Shown here: in pieces, positions 7,207-15,936 of the stretch
Position numbering within the stretch: position 1 is the first letter of the stretch
Layout: the number at the start of each line of letters is the position of its first letter
NCBI GenBank assembly: GCA_050250255.1
Contig: JBFWOZ010000047.1
Location: 1 to 21,900 of the forward strand
Length of the DNA: 21,900 nucleotides
DNA from: Bdellovibrionales bacterium
GTDB taxonomy: Bacteria; Bdellovibrionota; Bdellovibrionia; Bdellovibrionales; DASUEL01
Direction of reading: 5' to 3'
Notes under the pieces: model-generated
Databases searched by the model: none
Told to the model about the DNA's origin: nothing
What the model saw: only the letters and a program-made list of their open reading frames with translations
Translations under genes and position numbers: made by a program

Positions 7207-7689
7207 ATGCTTCTAAGAACAGAAAAAACTTGGCTTCACTACCTGATCTACTTCCAAAGTATTTTCTATGCGATCACAGCATTATGGGCGTTCGTCGACA
7301 TGCAATCGTTTATGCATGTAACCGGTCCCAAAACCGATACGTGGTTAGTACATACGGTTTCTTGGCTCATTCTCGCTATCGCCTTTACACTTTTTAGCGC
7401 AGCCACAACACGGTCCATTACTTTTCCTATCGCCGTTCTTGGAATATTTAGCTCTAGTTTTTTAGCGGGGGTTGATATTTATTTTTCGATGAGTGGAGTG
7501 ATTCGAAAAGTTTATCTTTTAGACGCCGTCGTGGAATTTTTTATTTTGTTCGGTTGGATTTTTTTCTTTTCAAAAAGTCATTTTCAAAACCCAAATAGTC
7601 CATTATTAGGGCGAATAAGAACTCTCACGAGGATATTTGGAACTCAATCTTCCACGAAAACTCTTCTCCCCTTTCCAAGTTTGGAATAA
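7207..7689 (+). CDS. Hypothetical integral membrane protein (about 4 TM)
   Basis: Four hydrophobic segments; motifs SFMHVTGPKTDTWLV and VYLLDAVVE look conserved. Confidence 0.75.
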   Translation: MLLRTEKTWLHYLIYFQSIFYAITALWAFVDMQSFMHVTGPKTDTWLVHTVSWLILAIAFTLFSAATTRSITFPIAVLGIFSSSFLAGVDIYFSMSGVIRKVYLLDAVVEFFILFGWIFFFSKSHFQNPNSPLLGRIRTLTRIFGTQSSTKTLLPFPSLE

Positions 7690-7697
7690 GCCTTGCA
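7682..7697 (+). promoter_or_regulatory. Putative sigma54 promoter of the SRPBCC-dehydrogenase-SDR operon
   Basis: TGGAAT-AAGCC-TTGCA (GG-N10-GC), 30 nt before ATG 7728, which has a GAGGAGG SD. Confidence 0.6.
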
Positions 7698-7727
7698 AAT
7701 TCTGATGACATTCAGCGAGGAGGCTCA

Positions 7728-8306
7728 ATGGTTTATTCAGAACTACAGAAAACAATTAACGATAAAAATTTAAAAGATAAAAAATTTGAACAAAAAACTT
7801 CAATCCAAGATGAAAATAAGACTCGCCATGCCATCACCGTAGGGCGAGCTCCTGAAGAAGTTTATCTATTTTGGCGAAACTTTGAGAATTTCCCGCGTTT
7901 CATGAAGGACATTAAATCTGTAAAGACGATTTCACCTAAGCTTTCTCGTTGGAAAGCAGAATTAAAACTTGGGCCTAACTTGGAATGGGATGCGGAAGTC
8001 ACCGAAATTATTCCCAACAAAAAAATTGCTTGGGCTAGTCTTGCCGGTTCTGATGTGCAAACAAAAGGCATAGTGACTTTTGAAAAAGCGCCAGGCGATC
8101 GAGGAACAATCGTTAGGCTTTCGACGGATTACACCCTTCCTGGAGGAAAAATCACCGAGTGGGCCGCTTTTTTTACCGGTGAAGACCCTGACACATTGAT
8201 GCTCATAAACCTCAAAAGGATGAAACAAGTTTTAGAAACCGGAGAATACGCCACCACGGAAGGACAACCCAGTGGCCGCGAAGAACAATCACCACAACAA
8301 CATTAG
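7728..8306 (+). CDS. SRPBCC (cyclase/dehydrase-like) family protein
   Basis: PEEVYLFWRNFENFPRFM, WDAEVTE, IAWASL, GIVTFEKAPGDRGT, LKRMKQVLETGEYATTEGQPSGR. Confidence 0.9.
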   Translation: MVYSELQKTINDKNLKDKKFEQKTSIQDENKTRHAITVGRAPEEVYLFWRNFENFPRFMKDIKSVKTISPKLSRWKAELKLGPNLEWDAEVTEIIPNKKIAWASLAGSDVQTKGIVTFEKAPGDRGTIVRLSTDYTLPGGKITEWAAFFTGEDPDTLMLINLKRMKQVLETGEYATTEGQPSGREEQSPQQH

Positions 8307-8315
8307 GAGAATTCT

Positions 8316-9488
8316 ATGAAAGCCCTCTGCTGGGAAGGAAAACATTCAGTTGCTATAAAAAACGTCAGCCTACCAAAAATTTTAAATCCACACGACGCGA
8401 TCGTAAAAGTAACGACAGCCGCCATTTGTGGATCAGATCTTCACCTCTATGATGGCTATATTCCTACGATGCAAAAAGGAGATATCATGGGACACGAAAC
8501 TATGGGCATCGTCGTAGAAACAGGCACTGAAGTAAAAAACATTAAAGTGGGAGACCGCATCGTCATCCCTTTCGATATTGGTTGTGGACAATGCCATTAC
8601 TGCAAAGAAGAAGAGTATTCGGCTTGTGACAACACCAATCCTAATTCAATCGTGGTGGATAAATTGTATGGCTATTCAGGTTCAGGACTTTTCGGCTACT
8701 CACATATGTACGGGGGTTATGCTGGAGGACAAGCCGAATATATTCGTGTTCCCTTTGTAGACGTTAACTCGCTCGTAGTTCCCGCAGGTCTTAAAGACGA
8801 ACAAGTTTTATTTCTTAGCGATATTTTTCCAACTGGATATATGGCCGCAGAGAATTGCAATATTAAACGAGGAGATACCGTCGCTATTTGGGGAGCAGGG
8901 CCTGTTGGGCAAATGGCCATTCGTAGTGCGTTTTTACTTGGAGCCGAACGTGTCATCTCCATTGATCACTACCCGGGTCGCCTGAAAATGTCAGAAAGAT
9001 CTGGTGCGGAAGTGATTAACTTTGAAGACGTGGATGCCATCTTCGATGAACTCAAATATAGAACTGGTGGAATGGGTCCTGACTCATGTATCGATGCTGT
9101 GGGCCTAGAAGCGCACGGCAACACCCTACCCGCTGCCGTTGACCGCGCAAAGGCTGCCATGTTTTTAGCAACTGATCGACCCAATGCTCTCCGACAAGCT
9201 ATTCAAGCTTGTAAAAAAGGTGGAACTGTTTCCATCCCTGGAGTGTATGGAGGTTTTCTCGACAAAGTACCATTTGGAGCAGCCTTCGGAAAAGGACTCA
9301 CCTTTAAAATGGGCCAAACACACACTCAAAAATATATGAAGCCGCTTCTTAAACGCATAGAAGATGGTCAAATTGATCCATCATTTGTCATCACTCATAG
9401 AATTAAAATTGATGAAACGCCTCAGGCCTACAAAACGTTTAACAATGAAAAAGATGAATGCATCAAAGTCATCATACAGATGCACTAA
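8316..9488 (+). CDS. Zn-dependent alcohol dehydrogenase, YbdR/formaldehyde dehydrogenase-like (MDR family)
   Basis: ICGSDLH, GHE, structural-zinc [23 protein letters not shown]. Confidence 0.92.
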   Translation: MKALCWEGKHSVAIKNVSLPKILNPHDAIVKVTTAAICGSDLHLYDGYIPTMQKGDIMGHETMGIVVETGTEVKNIKVGDRIVIPFDIGCGQCHYCKEEEYSACDNTNPNSIVVDKLYGYSGSGLFGYSHMYGGYAGGQAEYIRVPFVDVNSLVVPAGLKDEQVLFLSDIFPTGYMAAENCNIKRGDTVAIWGAGPVGQMAIRSAFLLGAERVISIDHYPGRLKMSERSGAEVINFEDVDAIFDELKYRTGGMGPDSCIDAVGLEAHGNTLPAAVDRAKAAMFLATDRPNALRQAIQACKKGGTVSIPGVYGGFLDKVPFGAAFGKGLTFKMGQTHTQKYMKPLLKRIEDGQIDPSFVITHRIKIDETPQAYKTFNNEKDECIKVIIQMH

Positions 9489-9497
9489 GGGAGAATT

Positions 9498-10295
9498 ATG
9501 GAAATAGAAAATCGTGGACTTGCTGTTATTACAGGTGCTTCAAGTGGAATTGGTTATGAACTCGCAAAAGTTTTTGCCGAAAATGGATACGATCTTTTAG
9601 TGTGCGCTGAAGACGCAGGCATTGCAGAAGCCGCCTCAGCTTTTTCCGCCTACAATCGGAAGGTGGATTATGTGCAAGCCAATCTTGCGCGAACCGAAGG
9701 CGTAGAAAGACTCTACCAAAAAATTAAAAGTCTCGGAGAGCCCGTCGAAGTTCTGTGTATTAATGCCGGCGTAGGAGTTGGGGGCGAATTCATTAAGAAT
9801 TCCATTCAAGAAGAGATCAATCTTATTAACTTAAATATTACTTCTGCCGTCCACCTGACTAAACTTGTAATGCAGGATATGGTGCAGGAAGGGCAAGGAC
9901 GTATTTTGTTCACTTCATCAATTGCTGCCGAAATGCCGGGACCTTATTATGCTGTTTATGCTGCCTCGAAGGCGTTCCTCCAATCTTTTGCCGAAGCCAT
10001 TCGTTACGAAGTAAAAGATAAAGGAATCGTGGTTACATCTCTTCAGCCCGGCGCTACAGATACAAACTTTTTTGAGCGCGCTCGCATGACTGATACAAAA
10101 GCAGGACAAGCCAAAAAAGATGCTCCCAGTGACGTCGCAAAAGACGGATTCGAAGCCGTTATGTCAGGGAAAGATCATATAGTAGCAGGATCTTTCATGA
10201 ATAAGTTAAAAGTAGCTGTTGCGAAGTTTATTACAGAACCTCAACAGGCCAAAATTCACTCTCGAGATGTAAAGCCACGCTCTGCAAATTTATAA
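9498..10295 (+). CDS. Short-chain dehydrogenase/reductase
   Basis: TGASSGIG, NAG, catalytic Ser and YAASK, PGATDT. Confidence 0.93.
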   Translation: MEIENRGLAVITGASSGIGYELAKVFAENGYDLLVCAEDAGIAEAASAFSAYNRKVDYVQANLARTEGVERLYQKIKSLGEPVEVLCINAGVGVGGEFIKNSIQEEINLINLNITSAVHLTKLVMQDMVQEGQGRILFTSSIAAEMPGPYYAVYAASKAFLQSFAEAIRYEVKDKGIVVTSLQPGATDTNFFERARMTDTKAGQAKKDAPSDVAKDGFEAVMSGKDHIVAGSFMNKLKVAVAKFITEPQQAKIHSRDVKPRSANL

Positions 10296-10298
10296 GAC

Positions 10299-11765
10299 TT
10301 AACGAACAAACTGTATTGCTGGCAGAGTCGGCTCAACTTTCCAACCCAAGGAAGGGTTGGCGTCGAGTTGGAACGAGAGGAAAGAAGCTTCGTTTGCGGT
10401 GTAGCCTCCTACAATGTAGAAGCGGTTGTTCGAAACGTGTTTGAGAGCAAACTCCATCCCATGAAACTTAATACGCAATTGTTCTCCATCCACCTGAGAA
10501 AGTGAAATGAACACTTCCCCATAAACTCGGTGACGGTAATTACCTACATAATCCCGTAAAGGGCGAGGTGGTGGCTGGTACTCCAACGGCGGAGGTGGCG
10601 TTGTCTTTCCGTTAAGGTCACGAAATCTTTTAAACCAATCCACTTCAGGTAGACTCAAAGCCTGGTCAATAGCGTAAAGGCCTAGCGGCATTCCATCTAA
10701 AGCATAAGAATTACTCAAAACAACAACACCTAATTTCGAATCAGGTAGAAAACCCACAAACGTGAGGAAACCATCGATGCCGCCAGTATGTTCGATAAAA
10801 CGTCGTCCACGATAGGTGGTGACATTCCAACCTAAAGCGTACTTCATAGCCCCCAACTCCTTAATCACTTGGTGTTTTTTTGAAAGCGTATTCACTACAG
10901 GAGTATGAATTCTTGCCAGCATGCTCCCAGAAATAAGCCGGCGTTCGCCGAACAAGCCGCGATGAAGCTGGAATTTTAACCACTGAGACATATCTTCAAG
11001 GTTGGAATTGATAGAACCCGCTGGTCCTATTAAATCAATGTTTACAAATTGAGTCCGTTTCGGTCCGCTTTCGTCAAAAATATAAGGCAAAGCATAGTCT
11101 TGAGATTTTTGGCTTTCGATCACAGAAAAATTTGTTGTGGTCATTTTTAATGGTGATAAAATACGTTCTGCAACCAATGATTCCCACGTTCGGCCTGCCA
11201 CTATTTCAGCAATGTAACCAGATGCCATATACATCCAATTGTTGTATTGCCATTTTTCACGAAACTTTGCACTAGGATCTAAAAACCGTAATAGTTGAAA
11301 CATTTCTGCACGAGATGAAAACTCACCCTTGTACCAAGCAAAATCATGTCGAGGAACGCCTGTCTGATGTGTTAATAAATCGACGAGGGTTGCCGATTTT
11401 GTAGCTTCAGAATCCAGGAGTTGAAAGGAAGGTATATACTCTACGATTGGCTGATCAAGATTCAATTGCCCTGTATCAGATAAGATACCAAGCAAGGTAG
11501 AGGTAAACGCTTTTGTTGTAGAGCCAATACCAAATAAAGTTTTTGATGTTACAGGAAGTTTCTGTTCTACATCTCGATAACCAAATCCTTTCATAAAGAT
11601 GACTTCGTGATCTTTTACAATGGCGACCGCAACGCCAGCACCCTTCGACTGCTGAAGTGTGGCATTAAAATAGCGTTCAATTTTACCCGTAAGCTCAGGC
11701 GTAAGCGGCTGGGCGAAAGCAGTTGAAAAAATAAAATATGAAAATAAAATGAAAAAATGTTTCAC
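10299..11765 (-). CDS. Exported serine hydrolase, beta-lactamase class C/PBP-like, with C-terminal DUF3471-like domain
   Basis: Signal peptide (…STAFA-QP), SxxK = STTK, LLTHQTG, YxN = YNN, HTGG, C-terminal YVGNYRHRVYG. GTG 11765 is preferred over 11771 by GAGG spacing. Confidence 0.9.
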   Translation of the reverse strand: MKHFFILFSYFIFSTAFAQPLTPELTGKIERYFNATLQQSKGAGVAVAIVKDHEVIFMKGFGYRDVEQKLPVTSKTLFGIGSTTKAFTSTLLGILSDTGQLNLDQPIVEYIPSFQLLDSEATKSATLVDLLTHQTGVPRHDFAWYKGEFSSRAEMFQLLRFLDPSAKFREKWQYNNWMYMASGYIAEIVAGRTWESLVAERILSPLKMTTTNFSVIESQKSQDYALPYIFDESGPKRTQFVNIDLIGPAGSINSNLEDMSQWLKFQLHRGLFGERRLISGSMLARIHTPVVNTLSKKHQVIKELGAMKYALGWNVTTYRGRRFIEHTGGIDGFLTFVGFLPDSKLGVVVLSNSYALDGMPLGLYAIDQALSLPEVDWFKRFRDLNGKTTPPPPLEYQPPPRPLRDYVGNYRHRVYGEVFISLSQVDGEQLRIKFHGMEFALKHVSNNRFYIVGGYTANEASFLSFQLDANPSLGWKVEPTLPAIQFVR

Positions 11766-11898
11766 AATCACCTCAATACAGTTTCAATAGTCTCCCCTAT
11801 AAACGTTGTCAGGTGTTGGATCGGAGACTACTGGAAGTTGAATTTTTTTCAGTCGAGTAATGAGTGACACGACCTCATCTTTATTTTAACAAGGGTGC

Positions 11899-12903
11899 AT
11901 GAAAAAAATCATTCTCATTTCTGCACTTCTTTGTTTCACCGCCACTGCATTTGCCAATACTTTTCAAGAACCAGCGCAAATTTCGCGATTTCAACCTTGG
12001 ATCTCCGTTCTTCGCCAAACCGTGGCAAAACACAACACTACTTCTGCCCTCGCAGAGGCACTTTTAAATAAAGAGATTCGAACCGCGACTTTTCTCTTAG
12101 AAGGACTTGCGAAGCTCTACCAAACACAAGATCCATTTTTTAAAAATTGGCGTCTCACTTTAAAAACTCTTGAAGATGTCATTGGTGCTTATGATACGTG
12201 GAACACTCGAGTTAAAGAAGCAAAACAGAGTGGGAAAAGCCCTCAGACGATCGCAGAATTTCAAAGACGCGCTAATGAAGCTAAATATTCTTTGGAGACC
12301 TTTCTTGTACAGCAGGCCTGGGTTGATAAAAATGGAAATTCCAGCCTAGATATTTTTGAAAAGCAAATCTCGCAATTTGCCTGGAAAGCATACTCTGTTG
12401 ATAGAGAAGAAATGCTGAGCCATTTAGAAAGGCAACTGACAAAAATCAATGAAACAACTTACGATATTACTGTCCTTGAACACGGAAACGGACTCCATGA
12501 ACTCCGTCGTGAAATTCGTTGGTTCTTGATTCAAGCACGTTCTCTGAACGGCCTTCTTTCCTATGATCTTACGAAGAACCAATCTCAAACTTGCCCTAGA
12601 AGTATCTATGTAGATCTTTTGAAAAACCTTAAGCTAGTCAACGATAAGTACGCAAAACTTCCCACCGCAACAAAAGAATTTTCCTGTTATGTTTCGCAAT
12701 GCTTGGTCTTGGCTTTGGCAGAAACTGTTGCAAAATTAGGTGATCTAAAAGATGCAGCCGAAAAAATCATTCACCTCTCTGATAACCCTCAGTCAGATGC
12801 TCTTCCACCGCAATTGATTCCGCAGGCGCAATTTATTTATCAATCGTTGCGACCAGCAGAGCTCCTTTGGACTCTCAAAACAGAAATCCAAGACTGCCAT
12901 TAA
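11899..12903 (+). CDS. Exported hypothetical protein with CHAD-like motifs
   Basis: Signal peptide (…ATAFA-N); helical; LKTLEDVIGAYD, LHELRREIRW and LGDLKD resemble CHAD-domain motifs. Confidence 0.65.
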   Translation: MKKIILISALLCFTATAFANTFQEPAQISRFQPWISVLRQTVAKHNTTSALAEALLNKEIRTATFLLEGLAKLYQTQDPFFKNWRLTLKTLEDVIGAYDTWNTRVKEAKQSGKSPQTIAEFQRRANEAKYSLETFLVQQAWVDKNGNSSLDIFEKQISQFAWKAYSVDREEMLSHLERQLTKINETTYDITVLEHGNGLHELRREIRWFLIQARSLNGLLSYDLTKNQSQTCPRSIYVDLLKNLKLVNDKYAKLPTATKEFSCYVSQCLVLALAETVAKLGDLKDAAEKIIHLSDNPQSDALPPQLIPQAQFIYQSLRPAELLWTLKTEIQDCH

Positions 12904-13018
12904 TTTTTTGCACGCAGTGTTTCAACGCCGCGAAAAAATAATGGGGCAATATAGACCTCTGATCAAATCCACAATTCCTCTTTTTTGCGTTTAACTTGCC
13001 GTAAATGCTTATGGCCTT

Positions 13019-13034
13019 CGGTACAATCCTTGCT
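13019..13034 (+). promoter_or_regulatory. Putative sigma54 promoter
   Basis: CGGTAC-AATCC-TTGCT (GG-N10-GC), 31 nt before ATG 13066. Confidence 0.5.
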
Positions 13035-13065
13035 GTAGCAAAGCGGAAACCGAAGGGGGTTTATT

Positions 13066-13452
13066 ATGATAAAATTATTTGCCGTTGCAGCACTTTTTAC
13101 TGCAACACTCGCGGCACCAAATGTGGAGGCGCAGCGTAGACCTCAAGCAGAGTGTAACTGTATCGAACTCGAAAGACGCGTACAGGGATTACAAAATGCC
13201 GTTCGTTACTTTCGCATCAACAACTTTGAACGTCGTCAATTGAGACAAGATATTCAAGTTGGACGAAATTATTTGCGACAAGCAAGTGTGAATCGCCGTA
13301 ATGCTGGCTCCATTTGTACCTATGGCAATCGTGCTGTAAACCGTTCATGGGTTCGCTGGCAACCAGCTCTAGCTCAAAGAGGCTTAGATATTGGTAATCG
13401 CTGTGAGCGATGGTCAGAAGAAGAAGTTTTAGACGGTTCTATTTACGAATAG
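13066..13452 (+). CDS. Small exported Arg-rich protein with 4 Cys
   Basis: Signal peptide ending VEA-Q; G-rich SD; own terminator. Confidence 0.8.
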   Translation: MIKLFAVAALFTATLAAPNVEAQRRPQAECNCIELERRVQGLQNAVRYFRINNFERRQLRQDIQVGRNYLRQASVNRRNAGSICTYGNRAVNRSWVRWQPALAQRGLDIGNRCERWSEEEVLDGSIYE

Positions 13453-13463
13453 TTGTCATTTAT

Positions 13464-13503
13464 GAAGGGAGGCTTCAATTTTCAAAGGCCTCTCTTCTTT
13501 TTT
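13464..13503 (+). terminator. Rho-independent terminator
   Basis: GAAGGGAGGCTT-(10 nt)-AGGCCTCTCTTC followed by TTTTTT. Confidence 0.8.
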
Positions 13504-13523
13504 GAGAATTACGTTTCTAAAAG

Positions 13524-15680
13524 CTACCAATTCAAGTTAATCGGTGTAGCTACAAAGTCTCCGTTACCACTTGGAGTGATCGTCGCTGTACCAGTGGCAA
13601 TATTCGAAGTAATATCTCCTGTTACAGTTTGATTATTGGTGATTGTCATTGGTAGCAAACCACCATTACATCCATTACCTAGAACAGATGCAGAGTTCGC
13701 GCCGGCATACACTAATGACACAGGAGTCGATTGATTCGATACGACGTTATTATAATGGTCTTTCACCTTAACCTGTGCCGGAGTTCCACAACTCCCTACC
13801 ATCGCGCCATTTAACGCAATTTGGTAACCTACACTGAGCTCAAGTTGTGTCGGAGTCATGCTAGCCGTAGCCGATCCTGGAGTTGCTACCACAGCAGGAG
13901 TCCATGCGGCCTGACCCAATGTGCCCGCTGCTTTTACGCGAAACTGTTGAGGAGTAACACTTCCTGCAGGAAAATTTAACGTTGTAGTTGTGCCACCCGT
14001 ACAGGTCACATCAGCGGCTGCGTGAACAGTTGCATCTGCGACTGTGCCTGTAGAATTTCCTGCCAGAGTGATTGAGGCATCATAGTTCGCAGCAACTGAA
14101 GGTGCAGCGTGCATTAAGCGACAATTCATTGAGTTATTGCCCGAAGGTAATAACACTTTCTGCGCGTCTCCAGCCGCCATCGTATAAACAAATGAAATTG
14201 GCGTGAAGTCTGCAGAAGCATAAGTGCGATATTTTGAGCGCGAATAAACCTTCTGACCGTTTTTCATCCAATAAGGACAAAACAAAAGATGATAGTTATA
14301 TACAGGATTACGATTGGTTAAATTTTTCGAACAGTTCGTGGCGCAATCAGAATCCGTGATTGTTCCCTGAAAAGAAAAACCCTGAGCACCCGAAGCGGTT
14401 GTTAAACACGTGGGTCCAGCCTCGCTGTTATTAGCATCAAAACCTAATGCCGCACCCGAATTTTGGCCAAATACATCTATTCCATCGATACCGCCAGAGG
14501 TGCTGCTACTCCAGATAAAGGGTAACTGGTATGCCGTAATAGCTACGTTCGCACCAGAAGGTAAAAGATAAACTGACGAATTAGCAGGAGGGTTTTTGAA
14601 AACCATGCGTATCGGCACGCTTGAACTTCCGCCCATTGTACGCAATTTTGCATCTATAAATTCAAGATAGTCTTCGTAGGCGACGGTACCAATACAACTT
14701 GCGGCACCATCACCGCCCGAGCTACCAATTTTAGAAACCTTACTCGCATTGTAAGTCGAGAAATCATATGTCAAAGGCGATGCTGGACTTGCTCCGCTAA
14801 ATAAAGAATTTGTTGAGTTATAAGTACCCGTCGAGGATAAAACACAGGCCATTCGACTACCACGATTAGGACCAAAATAACCCATGAGCAGAATTTCTGC
14901 TTCTTTCAATTGGCTCATGTTGGCGGCACCAGTACCGTTGTCCGTATAATGCGCAGGAACCCACACTTGAAGCGTGTGATCCTGAGGATCATCCTTCACG
15001 CTCACGCCATCAATCAATATTTCCGCAGGACTACCACCAGAAGCACTGGCAATTTCTACGCTTTCAAATATGACCGCTTGAGATTCTTCGTGAACGTATT
15101 TTAATTTTAAGCCATTGATTCCAAAAAAGTTAAACCATCCGCTAAAAATTTCCTCTCGGAGTAGTGGCATAGGAGGCTTGCCGTTAGGAAGGACGAGATA
15201 CCCCACAACAGATCCTGTATACATTGTGGAACTCATATAACGCCCAGAGATTCGACCCTGAACACCATTAGAAACGGCAATCGACGTTGGTGAAATAGCC
15301 ACAGCTGCTGTGCTGCCTGAAAGCATCACACTTTGATCACCATAAAGAAAACTACCACCACCGCTCGTGTTTTTTACATACAATCCCACCTGGATCAATT
15401 TTTGACCGGTAGGAACGCTCACTGTAATTGCAGATGGAGCTGTCGCAGAATTATCGTGTGAATCCCATTCCCATATATAAGGAGGCATGCCCGCCCCTGT
15501 CACACTCACAACAATATGCTGGATCTGATTTGCGCTTGCAGTCAGTAGATTCATCCCACTTGATGTTTTAAGAGTGAGAGAGACACCTGTTTTCTCCTCT
15601 TCTTTTCTCTGACAACCTAGTGCGAGAATAAGCGCCATAAACATAGGAATGCAAATGAACGAACGTACCGTCTTTTCCAT
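13524..15680 (-). CDS. 718-aa Ser/Thr/Gly-rich, beta-rich lipoprotein of unknown function
   Basis: Lipobox LALGC; 10 Cys after the lipid-anchor Cys; C-terminal segments look Ig/invasin-like (QVKVKDHYNN, GTATITPS). Confidence 0.85.
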   Translation of the reverse strand: MEKTVRSFICIPMFMALILALGCQRKEEEKTGVSLTLKTSSGMNLLTASANQIQHIVVSVTGAGMPPYIWEWDSHDNSATAPSAITVSVPTGQKLIQVGLYVKNTSGGGSFLYGDQSVMLSGSTAAVAISPTSIAVSNGVQGRISGRYMSSTMYTGSVVGYLVLPNGKPPMPLLREEIFSGWFNFFGINGLKLKYVHEESQAVIFESVEIASASGGSPAEILIDGVSVKDDPQDHTLQVWVPAHYTDNGTGAANMSQLKEAEILLMGYFGPNRGSRMACVLSSTGTYNSTNSLFSGASPASPLTYDFSTYNASKVSKIGSSGGDGAASCIGTVAYEDYLEFIDAKLRTMGGSSSVPIRMVFKNPPANSSVYLLPSGANVAITAYQLPFIWSSSTSGGIDGIDVFGQNSGAALGFDANNSEAGPTCLTTASGAQGFSFQGTITDSDCATNCSKNLTNRNPVYNYHLLFCPYWMKNGQKVYSRSKYRTYASADFTPISFVYTMAAGDAQKVLLPSGNNSMNCRLMHAAPSVAANYDASITLAGNSTGTVADATVHAAADVTCTGGTTTTLNFPAGSVTPQQFRVKAAGTLGQAAWTPAVVATPGSATASMTPTQLELSVGYQIALNGAMVGSCGTPAQVKVKDHYNNVVSNQSTPVSLVYAGANSASVLGNGCNGGLLPMTITNNQTVTGDITSNIATGTATITPSGNGDFVATPINLNW

Positions 15681-15686
15681 ACCTTC

Positions 15687-15694
15687 TTATCGGC
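15687..15694 (-). promoter_or_regulatory. sigma28 (FliA) -10 box, probable leaderless transcript
   Basis: Minus strand GCCGATAA, a perfect consensus, 6 nt before ATG 15680; the -35 element is poor. Confidence 0.6.
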
Positions 15695-15883
15695 ACAAAA
15701 GACCAGAATCATCAGCACTTCTCAAAGTGAGATTCTTTTTCAATTTAGGACAATTTCTAATTTTGAGCCTTTGATATTTCTCACGCGAGATATTTATAGC
15801 TTTTCAAGGAACGCATTCCTTATGACCTAAAAGGGCATTTGCCTAGAAGTTAAAACCCTCTCTCCTATAGGTTGATTGCCAGC

Positions 15884-15899
15884 TGGTCCAATTCTCGCA
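15884..15899 (+). promoter_or_regulatory. Weak sigma54-like promoter
   Basis: TGGTCC-AATTC-TCGCA (GG-N10-GC), 37 nt before ATG 15937. Confidence 0.35.
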
Positions 15900-15936
15900 A
15901 CATACCTTTTAGGACAATTCTGCACGAAGGTGGATT

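Noticed and set aside
7728..10295. SRPBCC-dehydrogenase-SDR as a polyketide biosynthetic cluster
   Set aside because: No ketosynthase or ACP is present; this trio is a widespread stress-associated arrangement.
10299..11765. Serine hydrolase as an antibiotic-resistance beta-lactamase
   Set aside because: HTG instead of KTG and a C-terminal extension fit the broad peptidase/esterase group; resistance cannot be inferred.
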